Position numbers and translations under genes: made by a program
Shown: piece by piece, positions 1 through 9,529 of the stretch
How the letters are laid out: every line of letters starts with the position of its first letter
Position numbering within the stretch: position 1 is the first letter of the stretch
Origin: an uncultured bacterium
Lineage (GTDB): Bacteria; Patescibacteriota; Minisyncoccia; UBA6257; 2-01-FULL-56-20
Length of the DNA stretch: 64,000 nt
Direction of reading: 5' to 3'
Assembly: GCA_963719425.1 (NCBI GenBank)
Contig: OY970382.1
Span: 522,880-586,879 of the forward strand
The notes under the pieces: generated by a model
The model's database searches: none
What the model saw: the letters and a program-made list of their open reading frames with translations, nothing else
Told to the model about the DNA's origin: nothing

Positions 1-448
1 CCTGGAGAAGGTTTGACGGGTTATAGGTCATCGTAAATGCGAGGCTCAATGTGTCGTACGACGGAGGGTTTGCACGCTTTATGAACGAAAGATTGGTGAC
101 CGCCACCTTGGGGGAAGTGAGCGCCTGCAACGCGCCGCTCCCCTGTTGGAGATACACCGTGCCGCTCGAGAGCGTAAAATACGTCGGGTCCGTAGAACTG
201 GCCGCCGTCCGCAATTTGAGTGTTGAGGACGACGTATCTGCCGGCATATCAATCAAACTGGACTGTTGGACAAAAAACTGGATTTTCTGCAAGAGAAATT
301 GGCTCTGCGCTTCCACCTCCGCGGCTGCGGTCTGGCTCGTCTGCACCCGCATCACGGAAACGAAGGTGCCAACCGCAACCACCACGACAGCGGCAAAAAT
401 CGCCGCGTAAAGCAAAATTTCTACTATCCCAAATGCCTTCTTGTTCAT
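1..448 (-). CDS. Type IV pilin-like (prepilin N-terminal) protein, runs off the window edge
   Basis: Manual translation from ATG at 448: MNKKAFGIVEILLYAAIFAAVVVVAVGTFVSVMRVQ..., a class III signal-like motif (F-x3-E plus hydrophobic helix). Not in the ORF track because there is no stop in the window. Confidence 0.75.
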   Translation of the reverse strand, partial: MNKKAFGIVEILLYAAIFAAVVVVAVGTFVSVMRVQTSQTAAAEVEAQSQFLLQKIQFFVQQSSLIDMPADTSSSTLKLRTAASSTDPTYFTLSSGTVYLQQGSGALQALTSPKVAVTNLSFIKRANPPSYDTLSLAFTMTYNPSNLLQ

Positions 449-465
449 CTCTTGCTTTTATTATA

Positions 466-2004
466 TCACCTGGCGCCCTTTTTGCCTGTGGACAAGCTTC
501 TACCCTGCCCTTGCCGTCCTTTGGGGGTTACCCAGAAGCCGAGTCGCCACCGCCCGCCGAGCATGAGCCGCGTTTGCGCTTCAAGCCCGGGAAAGGCACC
601 AAAAATAATCAGCGTGAGTGGCATGAGAATCCACTGCAAAAGATAGACGAGGTAATCGTGCCATCGGAGGCCGCCGGACGGTTTCGGCGGCAGAAGGAGA
701 ATGGCGAGGATCGCGGAGCTTGCGATGCCGATCATGGAAAGCGAGATTATGAAACGCGTAATCCGCGGCAAACTATAGGAAAGCAGCGTGTAACCGAAAT
801 GCTGGCCGCCGAGGACGAGCGGCAGCCATCCCAGAGCAAAGATCATAAGCGAGTTCGTGGCCCACGAATGAAATCCTTCAATCACGTTGAACGTCCAGTA
901 GCGTTTTTTTGCGGGCGGGATCGCGGAGTCGCGGCGGAATCCCTGGAGCATGTAGGGAATATTCTCGGCGCCCCATCCCCACCGCCGCTGCTGGCGGTAG
1001 AGATTTTTCATGGTCTGCCAGAACGTCGGCGCCGCGTTCGCGTCCATAGAGATGGGGTACAAGAGCGGCTCCACGCGGAAATCGCCGTGATACTTCAGAT
1101 AGCATTGCCAGAAAATCCGCGAATCCTCGGACACGATATCTTTCTGCCAGAAACCGATGTCCGAAAGCACCCGGAACGGAATGGATTGCGAAGAAAAGGA
1201 CGTCAGGCGCTCCGGCCGCGATTGTTGCATCATCTGCCAGAAAGTCGTGGAGAACGCGACAACGCGGGCAAGCGCCGGCGCCTCGTGGATATTGTTCGTG
1301 AAAAGCGGGATCGGCTGGTAAATGGCGCGCAGGCGATTTCGAGCGTTCAAAAATACATAGGTGAGCCGGCCGAAATATTCCGGGAAGACCTGCGTGTCCA
1401 CGTCAAATACCGACACGAGGATATTTTCATACCGTAATTTCAACGGATCAATGAGCGCTTCTTTTGCGCGGAGCGCCGCCCACGTTTCATTGGAGCCCTT
1501 GCCGGGAATCTCGCCCGGAAGGTCCGCCGGATGCACCGTGAGGAGGAAACGGAAAAACCGCGCGCCGAATTCTTTTTTGATCCGCTCCCCCACCGCCCGC
1601 GCCGCCCCTCCGCCGCGCGCCTCAACCGCGAGCACGGCAAGTAATTTTTCTTTCGGATAATGCGCCTCCGCGAGCCGCGTGAAGCTTTCGCGCACCACCT
1701 CGTACGGCTCGTAGTACATCGGGAAGATCACCACATGATATACATCTTCCCATGCAGCATCCTTGTTCGTCTTGGGGTTTGTCTCGGAAAGTTTTTGAAG
1801 CCAATTGAACCCCATATTCTGCTTCATCGCGGAAAACGCCGCGCGGAGATGGAGCGACAGATACACGGTCTTCAAAAGCCAATAGATATCAAAGAGAATG
1901 ATGAAAACGGAAACCCACACGGGCAAGAACCGCGAAAGCAAAACCATGAGGACGATCGTCGCCCACGCAAGACCGCCGGGAAGGATCTCAAAAAACCGGT
2001 TCAC
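466..2004 (-). CDS. Glycosyltransferase family 2 membrane protein
   Basis: DVD motif, SEDSRIF and RQQRRWGWG (QxxRW), with N- and C-terminal TM helices. Confidence 0.85.
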   Translation of the reverse strand: MNRFFEILPGGLAWATIVLMVLLSRFLPVWVSVFIILFDIYWLLKTVYLSLHLRAAFSAMKQNMGFNWLQKLSETNPKTNKDAAWEDVYHVVIFPMYYEPYEVVRESFTRLAEAHYPKEKLLAVLAVEARGGGAARAVGERIKKEFGARFFRFLLTVHPADLPGEIPGKGSNETWAALRAKEALIDPLKLRYENILVSVFDVDTQVFPEYFGRLTYVFLNARNRLRAIYQPIPLFTNNIHEAPALARVVAFSTTFWQMMQQSRPERLTSFSSQSIPFRVLSDIGFWQKDIVSEDSRIFWQCYLKYHGDFRVEPLLYPISMDANAAPTFWQTMKNLYRQQRRWGWGAENIPYMLQGFRRDSAIPPAKKRYWTFNVIEGFHSWATNSLMIFALGWLPLVLGGQHFGYTLLSYSLPRITRFIISLSMIGIASSAILAILLLPPKPSGGLRWHDYLVYLLQWILMPLTLIIFGAFPGLEAQTRLMLGGRWRLGFWVTPKGRQGQGRSLSTGKKGAR

Positions 2005-2408
2005 AATCCAAAGAGGAACAACCGGTCCAACGAATAGGCTCCCGCGCCGTTCAGCGCAAGCACAAGAAGGGCAGCGAGGATGAGAAGATCAAATTCCCAT
2101 CCGCTCACAAAGGGCTGCTTCTTCGCGAGCTTCCAAACGACGATCGCCACGAACTGAAGCGCAAGCAGGGCCGCGATGGTGGGGGTGAAAATTCCGAGGA
2201 GCAGTCCGATGCCGCCGCCCACAAATTCAAGGAGTGCGACGATCGTCCCCCAGAAAAATCCCGGCTTGAACCCCATCCTATCAAACGCCGTGGCCGTCTG
2301 TTTCAAATTTTTTATTTTTTGCCAACCGTGGACAAGGAAAATGAGCGCGAGCGCGATGCGCAGCGCAAGAATCCCCATGCCGCCGTAAAAGAAAAAAATG
2401 GAAAGCAT
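2001..2408 (-). CDS. DoxX family membrane protein
   Basis: LRIALALIFLVHGWQK, EFVGG and GAGAYSLD motifs. Confidence 0.85.
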   Translation of the reverse strand: MLSIFFFYGGMGILALRIALALIFLVHGWQKIKNLKQTATAFDRMGFKPGFFWGTIVALLEFVGGGIGLLLGIFTPTIAALLALQFVAIVVWKLAKKQPFVSGWEFDLLILAALLVLALNGAGAYSLDRLFLFGL

Positions 2409-2535
2409 AATAGCAATACAAAAATGACCCGACCTTTCAAAATATGCGACTCTATTATATTATAGCAAGCGTAGTGGCAATCAGCCCAGCACCGCTTTTG
2501 CACCCACAACCGGTACAAGTGTGGTTGCTGCGCGG

Positions 2536-2607
2536 GGCCTCATCGTCTAATGGCTAGGACGGCGCCCTTTCACGGCGTAAATCCGGGTTCGATTCCCGGT
2601 GGGGCTA
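2536..2607 (+). tRNA. tRNA-Glu(TTC)
   Basis: Acceptor GGCCTCA/TGGGGCT, anticodon arm GCGCC-CTTTCAC-GGCGT, T arm CCGGG-TTCGATT-CCCGG; CCA not encoded. Confidence 0.95.
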
Positions 2608-2837
2608 CCTGTCAAGGCTGGAAAAGTTGCCGCTTGCGGCAACATTCACCCCTTCCAGAATGCCCGAGAAATCTATCTTTCGGGCCTTTTTGGCTTTCGG
2701 ATGTCTATCACCGAACGGTGGCAAGGCGAGCGGAATCGAACCTGCGTACCAGAGAGTTCGAACTTCCTTCACTAGGGACTGGTTAGGGTTTGAACACTTC
2801 AGACACTCGGCGATTGCTATAATTATGATGTACTCTC

Positions 2838-3659
2838 ATGGCGAGAAGACGCCGTTCCCGCAAGCAGGATTCCCTAGAAGATGTCGCGTTCGATATCGCG
2901 AAGGCCTTTGTTGCTATCGTGGTGGTGGTTTTGGTGGGATGGGGCTATACGCATCCTGCCGAACTCGAAATATACAGCGGAATTGCAGTAGTAATTCTCA
3001 TTGTCGGGATAGTGCTCTATTTTGTGTTCAGGGGAAAACAGAGAACTATTGGCCTTCAAACGCTAAGCGACGATGAGATCCTGGCGATGCTCAGAGGAGT
3101 ATCGCCTTCTCAGTTTGAACAGAAAATGGCAGATATGTTTGCAAAGTTAGGCTACAAAACGGAAGTGGTAGGGGGAGCGAATGACGGCGGGATAGATGTC
3201 GTTGCCTACAAAGACGGCAAGAAATATTTTATCCAATGCAAGAAATTCATGACTCGAGAGGTGACGCCGCACGATGTGCGGGATTTCCTTGGAGCCATTA
3301 CGAACGTCAACAACCCCGCTGATAAAGGATATTTCGTGACCACGAACGGCTTCACGCTGATGGCCGAGAAAGCCGCAGAAGGAAACCCGAGAATTGAGCT
3401 GATCGACGGGACGCAGCTCGTTCAATATTACAAAATGGCTTACGGAGAAGTCGCTTCAGAACAGTCATCTACACCGCCACCCCCGGTCCCTCCGCCTATT
3501 CCATCTGCCCAACCGCAGGGTCCACGAGTGTGCCCTCAATGCGGCGGAAAGCTCGAGCTGAGGGTGGCGCACCAAGGCAGCTACGCTGGCCACCAATTTT
3601 GGGGATGTTCAAATTTTCCCAGCTGCCGATATATCGAGGACATCGAAGTCGGTGAATAG
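2838..3659 (+). CDS. Mrr-like restriction endonuclease with N-terminal TM segments and C-terminal topoisomerase-type C4 zinc finger
   Basis: FE...DGGIDV...IQCK Mrr_cat motif; CPQCG...FWGCSNFPSC. Confidence 0.85.
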   Translation: MARRRRSRKQDSLEDVAFDIAKAFVAIVVVVLVGWGYTHPAELEIYSGIAVVILIVGIVLYFVFRGKQRTIGLQTLSDDEILAMLRGVSPSQFEQKMADMFAKLGYKTEVVGGANDGGIDVVAYKDGKKYFIQCKKFMTREVTPHDVRDFLGAITNVNNPADKGYFVTTNGFTLMAEKAAEGNPRIELIDGTQLVQYYKMAYGEVASEQSSTPPPPVPPPIPSAQPQGPRVCPQCGGKLELRVAHQGSYAGHQFWGCSNFPSCRYIEDIEVGE

Positions 3660-3895
3660 AAACATAGCGCGTTTCTCGAGGCCTCGAAGGCTCCTGGTTG
3701 AGGATTTGCACAGACCCCCAGCGAACTGATATCCTGAGGGTGGCTGAATAAGCCGCGAATTCTACGGCTTGGGGGCTTCGGAAGAAGTCCCCTTTGCATT
3801 TCTAGCCCGCGATCCCCACAGGTGTTCCCATCTCGGCAACCGTCGCGAGAAAACCCTCCGTTGCCTCCTATAGATGCTACAATCAAGGAAAGCCA

Positions 3896-4054
3896 ATGAC
3901 CTTCGCCGAACTCTACCCCACCCTCTCTTCCGCCGAGCTTCAAGAAGCCGAAGATAACTTCCGTCGGTACCTTGAGATCGCATGGGAGATCGCACACGAA
4001 CAGGAAGCAACCAACGCAAAGCACGCGATGGAGGATCGCGGACGGGAGGAATAG
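3896..4054 (+). CDS. Small 52-aa protein, copy 1 of a repeated small ORF
   Basis: MTFAELYPTLSSAELQEAEDNFRRYLEIAWEIAHEQ...; paralog at 5162-5323. Confidence 0.6.
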   Translation: MTFAELYPTLSSAELQEAEDNFRRYLEIAWEIAHEQEATNAKHAMEDRGREE

Positions 4055-4348
4055 TTGCCGGTTGCGGCAAATTATCCCCTCTTTAATTCCTCGTCTGAGG
4101 AATTATCCTTAAAATGTTTCTGAAGTTTGTGTAACGTTTGTTCCCAGGTTCGACAAGTGCCCCGATTAGGTCTACACGGATGGAAAAGTTGCCGAAAACG
4201 GCAAGTTTCTGAAAAAACACTGATCCGATCAGTGTTTTTTCATGGCGGGAAAACTTGCCGGGGGCGGCAAGAAATTACGGCAACCCTCCGGGAGTCGAAC
4301 TCAAACAAGGCACTGGCGTAATTAAGCCGGTCTCAATATAGTTAATCT

Positions 4349-5140
4349 ATGCCAAAAACTAAACCACCAGAACATCGACAGGCCAATCTTTCCTATGAGC
4401 AGATGAAGGTAGCTATACCCAAGATAGAGCGTCGCATTACAGAAGTGGAAGCGTTACTCACAGAAACCATTACTGATCCAAGCGATATAAGAATAAGCGC
4501 TCTTGAAAGTAAGTTAGACACCTTTCTTGCTGATACATTCGGAGCCGATACGTTTGAATATGAAAGGTATCGAGGAGATTTGACGAGATTATCTTCTGGA
4601 TTCTGGTATGAAGGTAGGCCACCGCAAGAATTTGCCGATGACCATCATAAAAACTTAGAGACCGCAAGGGCTCAATTGATGGCAATAAAATCGGGCTTTG
4701 AAGAGACACTTGAAGATGCCGGGGAAACTTCGGCTGGCAAATCCCTTAAGGCTTATGAGGGGCTGGAACTACATCCGGCCATCGAGCGAGCGGCGGGCAA
4801 GCTCTTTAGAGACGGCCATTATGCAAATGCAGTTGAAGATGCAGCAAAAGCCCTTAATGCCCTAGTCAGGATGAATAGCGGAGAAGAAGGTAAAGATGGA
4901 TCAGCTCTTATGGAATTCGTTTTCAGCCCCAAAAACCCCATTTTGAAGTTTAACGATCTTAAAAACGATTCCGATCTCGACGAGCAGAGGGGCTTCATGC
5001 TGTTGTTTTCGGGGGCAGTCGCAGGCCTTCGTAATCCCAGAGCTCATAAAATAATAAAAGATGATCCGGAGATGGCGCTCGAATTTATTGCGTTGATTAG
5101 TCTCCTCGCCAAGCTGGCAGATAGGGCTAAGAAGATCTGA
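4349..5140 (+). CDS. TIGR02391 (Ymh)-like protein
   Basis: LHPAIERAA...FRDGHYANAV...DGSALM...EQRGFMLLFSGAVAGLRNPRAH. Confidence 0.8.
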   Translation: MPKTKPPEHRQANLSYEQMKVAIPKIERRITEVEALLTETITDPSDIRISALESKLDTFLADTFGADTFEYERYRGDLTRLSSGFWYEGRPPQEFADDHHKNLETARAQLMAIKSGFEETLEDAGETSAGKSLKAYEGLELHPAIERAAGKLFRDGHYANAVEDAAKALNALVRMNSGEEGKDGSALMEFVFSPKNPILKFNDLKNDSDLDEQRGFMLLFSGAVAGLRNPRAHKIIKDDPEMALEFIALISLLAKLADRAKKI

Positions 5141-5161
5141 TTATAAAGCTGCAACACGCGC

Positions 5162-5323
5162 ATGAAGACACTTACCAAGCTCTACCCCACCCTCTCCCCC
5201 GCCGAGCTTCAAGAAGCCGAACACAACTTCCGGCGGTATCTTGAGATCGCGATAGCCGTGGCGCAAGAACAAGTCGAAGCCAACGCAAATCAGGCAATGG
5301 AAGATCACGGGCAGGACACATAA
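5162..5323 (+). CDS. Small 53-aa protein, copy 2 of the repeated small ORF
   Basis: MKTLTKLYPTLSPAELQEAEHNFRRYLEIAIAVAQEQ..., similar to 3896-4054. Confidence 0.55.
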   Translation: MKTLTKLYPTLSPAELQEAEHNFRRYLEIAIAVAQEQVEANANQAMEDHGQDT

Positions 5324-5414
5324 TTGCCGATACTAAATCTCCATAAAATGAGGGAGCCGGTAACCTGAAAAGGTTACCGGCTTAAGAACTAATCCCCGTA
5401 CATCTTTCTCGCAC

Positions 5415-5762
5415 CTAGGCTGCCGGGATATTCCAGCGCCAGTCAGTGCTATCGTGAGGAGCCCAAGGGTTGAGGTCAATGAGGACATCAGCCCGGTAGC
5501 CAGCGGCACGACGCGCCCGACGGACAACTTTCTCGACGTGAGGGATAATCCCGTAGATCATCCTTGCCTGCCGATGGGTCTTCACGGGACCGTCGAAAAA
5601 CGAGGGGCCGTGGACACTGACGCGGATACCATCCTCTCCGAACCGCACTTGATACGTAAAGGGGGCTTTGATTTTCTCAAATCCGCGTTGCACTGCCCTC
5701 CCGATCGCCTTCGCTGCTGGGCGAAGATACTCCTCCGACTGGTAACGAGGAAAATACAACAT
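5415..5762 (-). CDS. Hypothetical protein
   Basis: 115-aa ORF with GGAGGT SD, an upstream consensus promoter and a downstream hairpin (AGCCGGTAACC-TGAAAA-GGTTACCGGCT). Confidence 0.65.
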   Translation of the reverse strand: MLYFPRYQSEEYLRPAAKAIGRAVQRGFEKIKAPFTYQVRFGEDGIRVSVHGPSFFDGPVKTHRQARMIYGIIPHVEKVVRRARRAAGYRADVLIDLNPWAPHDSTDWRWNIPAA

Positions 5763-5864
5763 GTCACACCTCCAACTCCCGCCTGTCCTTATGGATCAGG
5801 TGCCATGCGTCATGGATATGTTTTATAGAGTTAGAACAACGACGCCTGTTAACTTACTGATAGT

Positions 5865-5894
5865 ATTATAGCATACATAGATAATACTTGTCAA
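5865..5894 (-). promoter_or_regulatory. Sigma70-type promoter TTGACA-N18-TATAAT
   Basis: Perfect -35 and -10 hexamers upstream of 5415..5762. Confidence 0.75.
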
Positions 5895-6125
5895 GTATCC
5901 GTTTGATGCGCTGATAAACTGGGGATTTATAGAGGGGATGAGGCCTACTCAAGAAGCAGCCAACACAAACCACACGATTGCAAATCGCGATAGAGAGGAA
6001 TAATTGCCGGATGCGACAAATTATCCAGCCTTCCTTTCCCCGTCTGAGGAACTATTCTTAGATTGTTCTTTCAGTTCGTGTAACGTTTGTTCCCAGGTTC
6101 GACAAGTCCCCCGATTGGGTCTACG

Positions 6126-6273
6126 AGAAAGAATGGGGCAGTGCTTTTGAGGGACGGGATAAAATCGCCCAGCGGCGATTTTTCCCTGGCGCTCGGACAA
6201 AAACTTTCGCTTCGCAAAAGACCGTGCTTTTTGTCCTCCGCGATCCCCTCAAAAGCACTGCCCCATTCTTTCT
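6126..6273. repeat. 28-bp perfect inverted repeat enclosing internal hairpins
   Basis: AGAAAGAATGGGGCAGTGCTTTTGAGGG (6126-6153) and its reverse complement (6246-6273). Confidence 0.85.
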
Positions 6274-6459
6274 TTTTGTCCTCATGAGAATCGAACGAGG
6301 AAAGGGGTCGGGGAAACCTGCGGTTTCCCCGTGTCGGAGGGTCGCGTTCTGGCGCGACAGTTCGGCACCGTGGGTGCCGAAAGCGCAGGCCAATCTTATC
6401 GGCCGAGCAGTGAGATTCCCCCGTGGGGCTACAATCGGATTCTGATAGAATAAAGGCGT

Positions 6460-7716
6460 ATGGGACCAGAGGACACACCAGCAGAATTCGAAACCAAGCA
6501 CGGCAGGCTATCCCGGGACTCGGAGAGGTACACGGAAGAAAGAAGGGAACTTAAAACGTTCTCTGAGGAGGAGACGGACACGGACGTGTTTGGTCACGAG
6601 ACGTTGGAAGAAATTGACCTGCTGCGAGATCCCCTGTACAAGTCAGGTCTGAAGCAGTCAGGCAAAAAACCCTTGGACGAACAGCAGCTCGCAACTAAAA
6701 TCGAGAAAGAACTGGAGGCCTCAAAGCGAATTTTCCTGGGGCTGGTAAGTCACGAAGAGATGTTTCTGGGAGAGTGGCCAGGAGAAGAAAATGTGACGTA
6801 TTCCTTTTTCGCGGAAGCTCTGAAGAATCAGGCTTTCTGGAAACAATTGAGAGAGCGGCGGCTTCTTGAAAACATCCCCGGTTTCAAAGGCGAGGTCCAC
6901 CCGGAGATCCTCATGCGGATCGTTGAGCCAAAAACGTTTCCTCTCGACCTGTACGAACAGATGCTGAGGATCCATGCAGAGAACTTCGCCGCGAAGCAAA
7001 AAGAGTTCGAGAAGAGGTTGCCCCAATTGATGCAAGATTTTTCGCAAAGGATTCGCGGCCTTATCGCGGAGAAACAATTGCCGCTCGACGAAACTGCTCT
7101 CAAACGAATACTCGAGGAGACGACATTCCGGCTTGCCGATGCCCTCACCACCCGCCTCAAGGAACGATGGGGAGAATATGACGTGGAAAAAGGAATGGTA
7201 AGCATAGCGGGACAAATCCCCTCCGAGGAGCAAGCGCACACTCTCGGTCACGAGATGCTGCACACCCTGAGCGGAAGAACAATCGTAACTCTGGACACCG
7301 AAGGACGCCCCGAAGACTCGTTCATTCTTCATCAACGGGTCGGCACTGACTTCTTTTCGGAGTTCGGTGGAATGATATCCCGTTTCAAATGGCTTAACGA
7401 AGCAATTACCGAAAAACTCACCACGAAGCTTTACCAATCACCGAGCCAATTTTACCCCAAGGAACGCGAGCTCATGGAATTGTTGCTTTCGCATGGGAAA
7501 TATCCCATAATAGAAGAGAAATTTCTTACTGATGCATATTTTGAAAATTACGACCCGAACCATCCGGAAAAAGTCCCTGCTTGGAAAACCTTGACCTTCG
7601 TCATCAACAAATCGTACCGGCCAGGTTTTCTCGTGGATTTGGACAAAATAATCAAACGCGACGGTATCCAGCGAGCGATTAACCTTGTGCGAAATTGGAG
7701 AAGCGAGACCGCGTAA
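6460..7716 (+). CDS. Hypothetical protein with HExxH zinc-metallopeptidase-like motif
   Basis: 418-aa ORF; GHEMLHTL and downstream WLNEAITE. Confidence 0.65.
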   Translation: MGPEDTPAEFETKHGRLSRDSERYTEERRELKTFSEEETDTDVFGHETLEEIDLLRDPLYKSGLKQSGKKPLDEQQLATKIEKELEASKRIFLGLVSHEEMFLGEWPGEENVTYSFFAEALKNQAFWKQLRERRLLENIPGFKGEVHPEILMRIVEPKTFPLDLYEQMLRIHAENFAAKQKEFEKRLPQLMQDFSQRIRGLIAEKQLPLDETALKRILEETTFRLADALTTRLKERWGEYDVEKGMVSIAGQIPSEEQAHTLGHEMLHTLSGRTIVTLDTEGRPEDSFILHQRVGTDFFSEFGGMISRFKWLNEAITEKLTTKLYQSPSQFYPKERELMELLLSHGKYPIIEEKFLTDAYFENYDPNHPEKVPAWKTLTFVINKSYRPGFLVDLDKIIKRDGIQRAINLVRNWRSETA

Positions 7717-7937
7717 TCGTAACGTGACGCCGATTGAATGACGCCACGGCCCACCCCACGGGGAATCGAACTGAAATCGGAAACAAAAAGTGAGATTTTA
7801 TGGGGATAAATTAACGCGGCGAGATTACCTTTGCGTCTACAAAAACCTTTGAATAATCAGATCTGAGATCGCAACGAACTTGTGAACTCAGATCTATGGT
7901 GGACGGCTCTTCGGGAACCGTCCACCGGATCAAATGT

Positions 7938-8363
7938 TCACCTCCCCCTCTTTTTTATGGCCGACAAAATCAAGCCTAGCTGCTTTGTTAAAAAACTGCG
8001 CCAGATCGCTATCCGTGAACAACTCCGGCGTCCCTGACCACCCTTTTGGTACCAGACCACCTCAGCGGGTCGCGTGAAACTTTGTTGGAGTGCCCCAATC
8101 ACCTTATCGTGTCTTGCGTGAACGACAAGGATGTATTCCCCTGGAATCTCTTCGCAGGCCAGATTGGCCCGGTTAAAGATTTCTTGGGTGGCTGGGAGAT
8201 CAATAGGGTCTGAGTAGATACGACACGACCACATGTCCTCTTCTTCATAGCACTCCACCACGACGAACTCGTTCCCCGAAACCAGGCGTCCTGCTTCCTT
8301 GTCACTCAATGTTTGAACGAATGAGAGATCCGGTCCGTGTTTGCACACCAGAATGCGCATCAT
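7938..8363 (-). CDS. Hypothetical protein
   Basis: ORF with GAGGGG SD before MMRILVCKH; two downstream hairpins at ~7860-7926; start uncertain. Confidence 0.5.
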   Translation of the reverse strand: MMRILVCKHGPDLSFVQTLSDKEAGRLVSGNEFVVVECYEEEDMWSCRIYSDPIDLPATQEIFNRANLACEEIPGEYILVVHARHDKVIGALQQSFTRPAEVVWYQKGGQGRRSCSRIAIWRSFLTKQLGLILSAIKKRGR

Positions 8364-8594
8364 AGGCAACCCCCTCCTCTGGGGCATACGCTGGCCAAAG
8401 CATAGCAGACCAGCTATGAAGGGGCAAGGATTTGCCCACTGCAATGTTTTTCACTCCCCCATTTCCCTCATAATTTGGTTCCAACTATATCCCGAGGGGC
8501 TACGGAAGTTTTGAAAAAATAATGGGCGCGTAGCGAGTGATCGTTGCCGATCTCCTGCATGCGCCCATTGTGCGATGCCCTCCCGTCGTAGCAG

Positions 8595-8861
8595 TCAGGC
8601 CGCGGGAAGGTCGTTGATCAAGAGCTCGTCCGTGAGAGACGAAGCGATACCCTTTCGGGCCTTAATTTCGGCTTTGAGATAATCGATTCGCGCTGCATCC
8701 TCGGGGCAGGATTCCATTCTTTGCGCCTCGTCCTCGACTATGCGAAGGTTTTCTTGGAGATCCGTGATTTCACCTTGAACTTGCTTCAACGTCTCCGTAA
8801 CCCTCAAACGCCGTTGTGCAACTGCCCGCGCCCGAAAATATTTTCCAATATTGATTATCAT
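8595..8861 (-). CDS. Hypothetical coiled-coil protein
   Basis: 88 aa, AAGGAGG SD, TTGACA-N18-TATGAT at 8894-8923, downstream hairpin ~8521-8570. Confidence 0.65.
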   Translation of the reverse strand: MIINIGKYFRARAVAQRRLRVTETLKQVQGEITDLQENLRIVEDEAQRMESCPEDAARIDYLKAEIKARKGIASSLTDELLINDLPAA

Positions 8862-9063
8862 AGCTCCTCCTTCGTCAGGTTTCTGCTGTCATTATCATAA
8901 CATATCAGCTACAATTATGTCAACCTTTCGTGGGTACATTCAACCCTGATGTACAAAGATACTCTTTTTTCTTCCAGCACCGACAAGGTCTACGAGCACG
9001 AAGCATCCCTTCCTGCCAAATTCGTCTTCGTAGGAGGCAAGAAGGGATGCTTCGTGCTCCTCC

Positions 9064-9450
9064 TTATTGGATGGTCTGCCACGAAACGACGCTTGGCTGG
9101 TCAGTAGTGGTATTTATGGAAACGATGACACTCATCTTCCTTGTATGCCCCGAAACTGTCGCCACGGATAGGATCGTTGCAAGCCCGGCTGCCTGGGTAA
9201 CACTAACCACTGCCGTTGAACTCCCCACCGCTACCTGATAACTGCTTGTGGCGAAAGCGGGATTGCGGTCAAGCCAAAGCAGCGCGTCTTCCACCCCCGA
9301 TGTCGCTACCGCCTCTGCCTGCGCCGACGCCCGATAACCATAGCCGGTATCAACAAGCGAGTTGGCAAAAAACGCAAGGGTAAGACTGACAAGGATAACT
9401 ATCACGCCGATCAAAAGCATGAATGTCAAAAACATCTGGCCACGATTCAT
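9064..9450 (-). CDS. PilX-like minor pilin
   Basis: MNRGQMFLTFMLLIGVIVILVSL...AEAVATSGVEDALL. Confidence 0.7.
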   Translation of the reverse strand: MNRGQMFLTFMLLIGVIVILVSLTLAFFANSLVDTGYGYRASAQAEAVATSGVEDALLWLDRNPAFATSSYQVAVGSSTAVVSVTQAAGLATILSVATVSGHTRKMSVIVSINTTTDQPSVVSWQTIQ

Positions 9451-9529
9451 CTCATTGATTATACCATTCGGCCGGACCAGATCGCAGGGCGCCGCAGGCC
9501 CGGGCCGCAAGGCCGCGTCGAAATCGGAC

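Noticed and set aside
220-1437. 405-aa plus-strand ORF and similar long antisense ORFs over pur/tkt genes (e.g. 53106-54359, 48763-49872)
   Set aside because: They overlap well-supported minus-strand genes, have no motifs, and are typical GC-rich shadow frames.
2719-2743. Additional tRNA genes at T-loop-like sequences (also 4279-4302, 6414-6432, 7751-7773)
   Set aside because: Only 3'-end fragments are present, with no D arm or anticodon arm; treated as att-like remnants.
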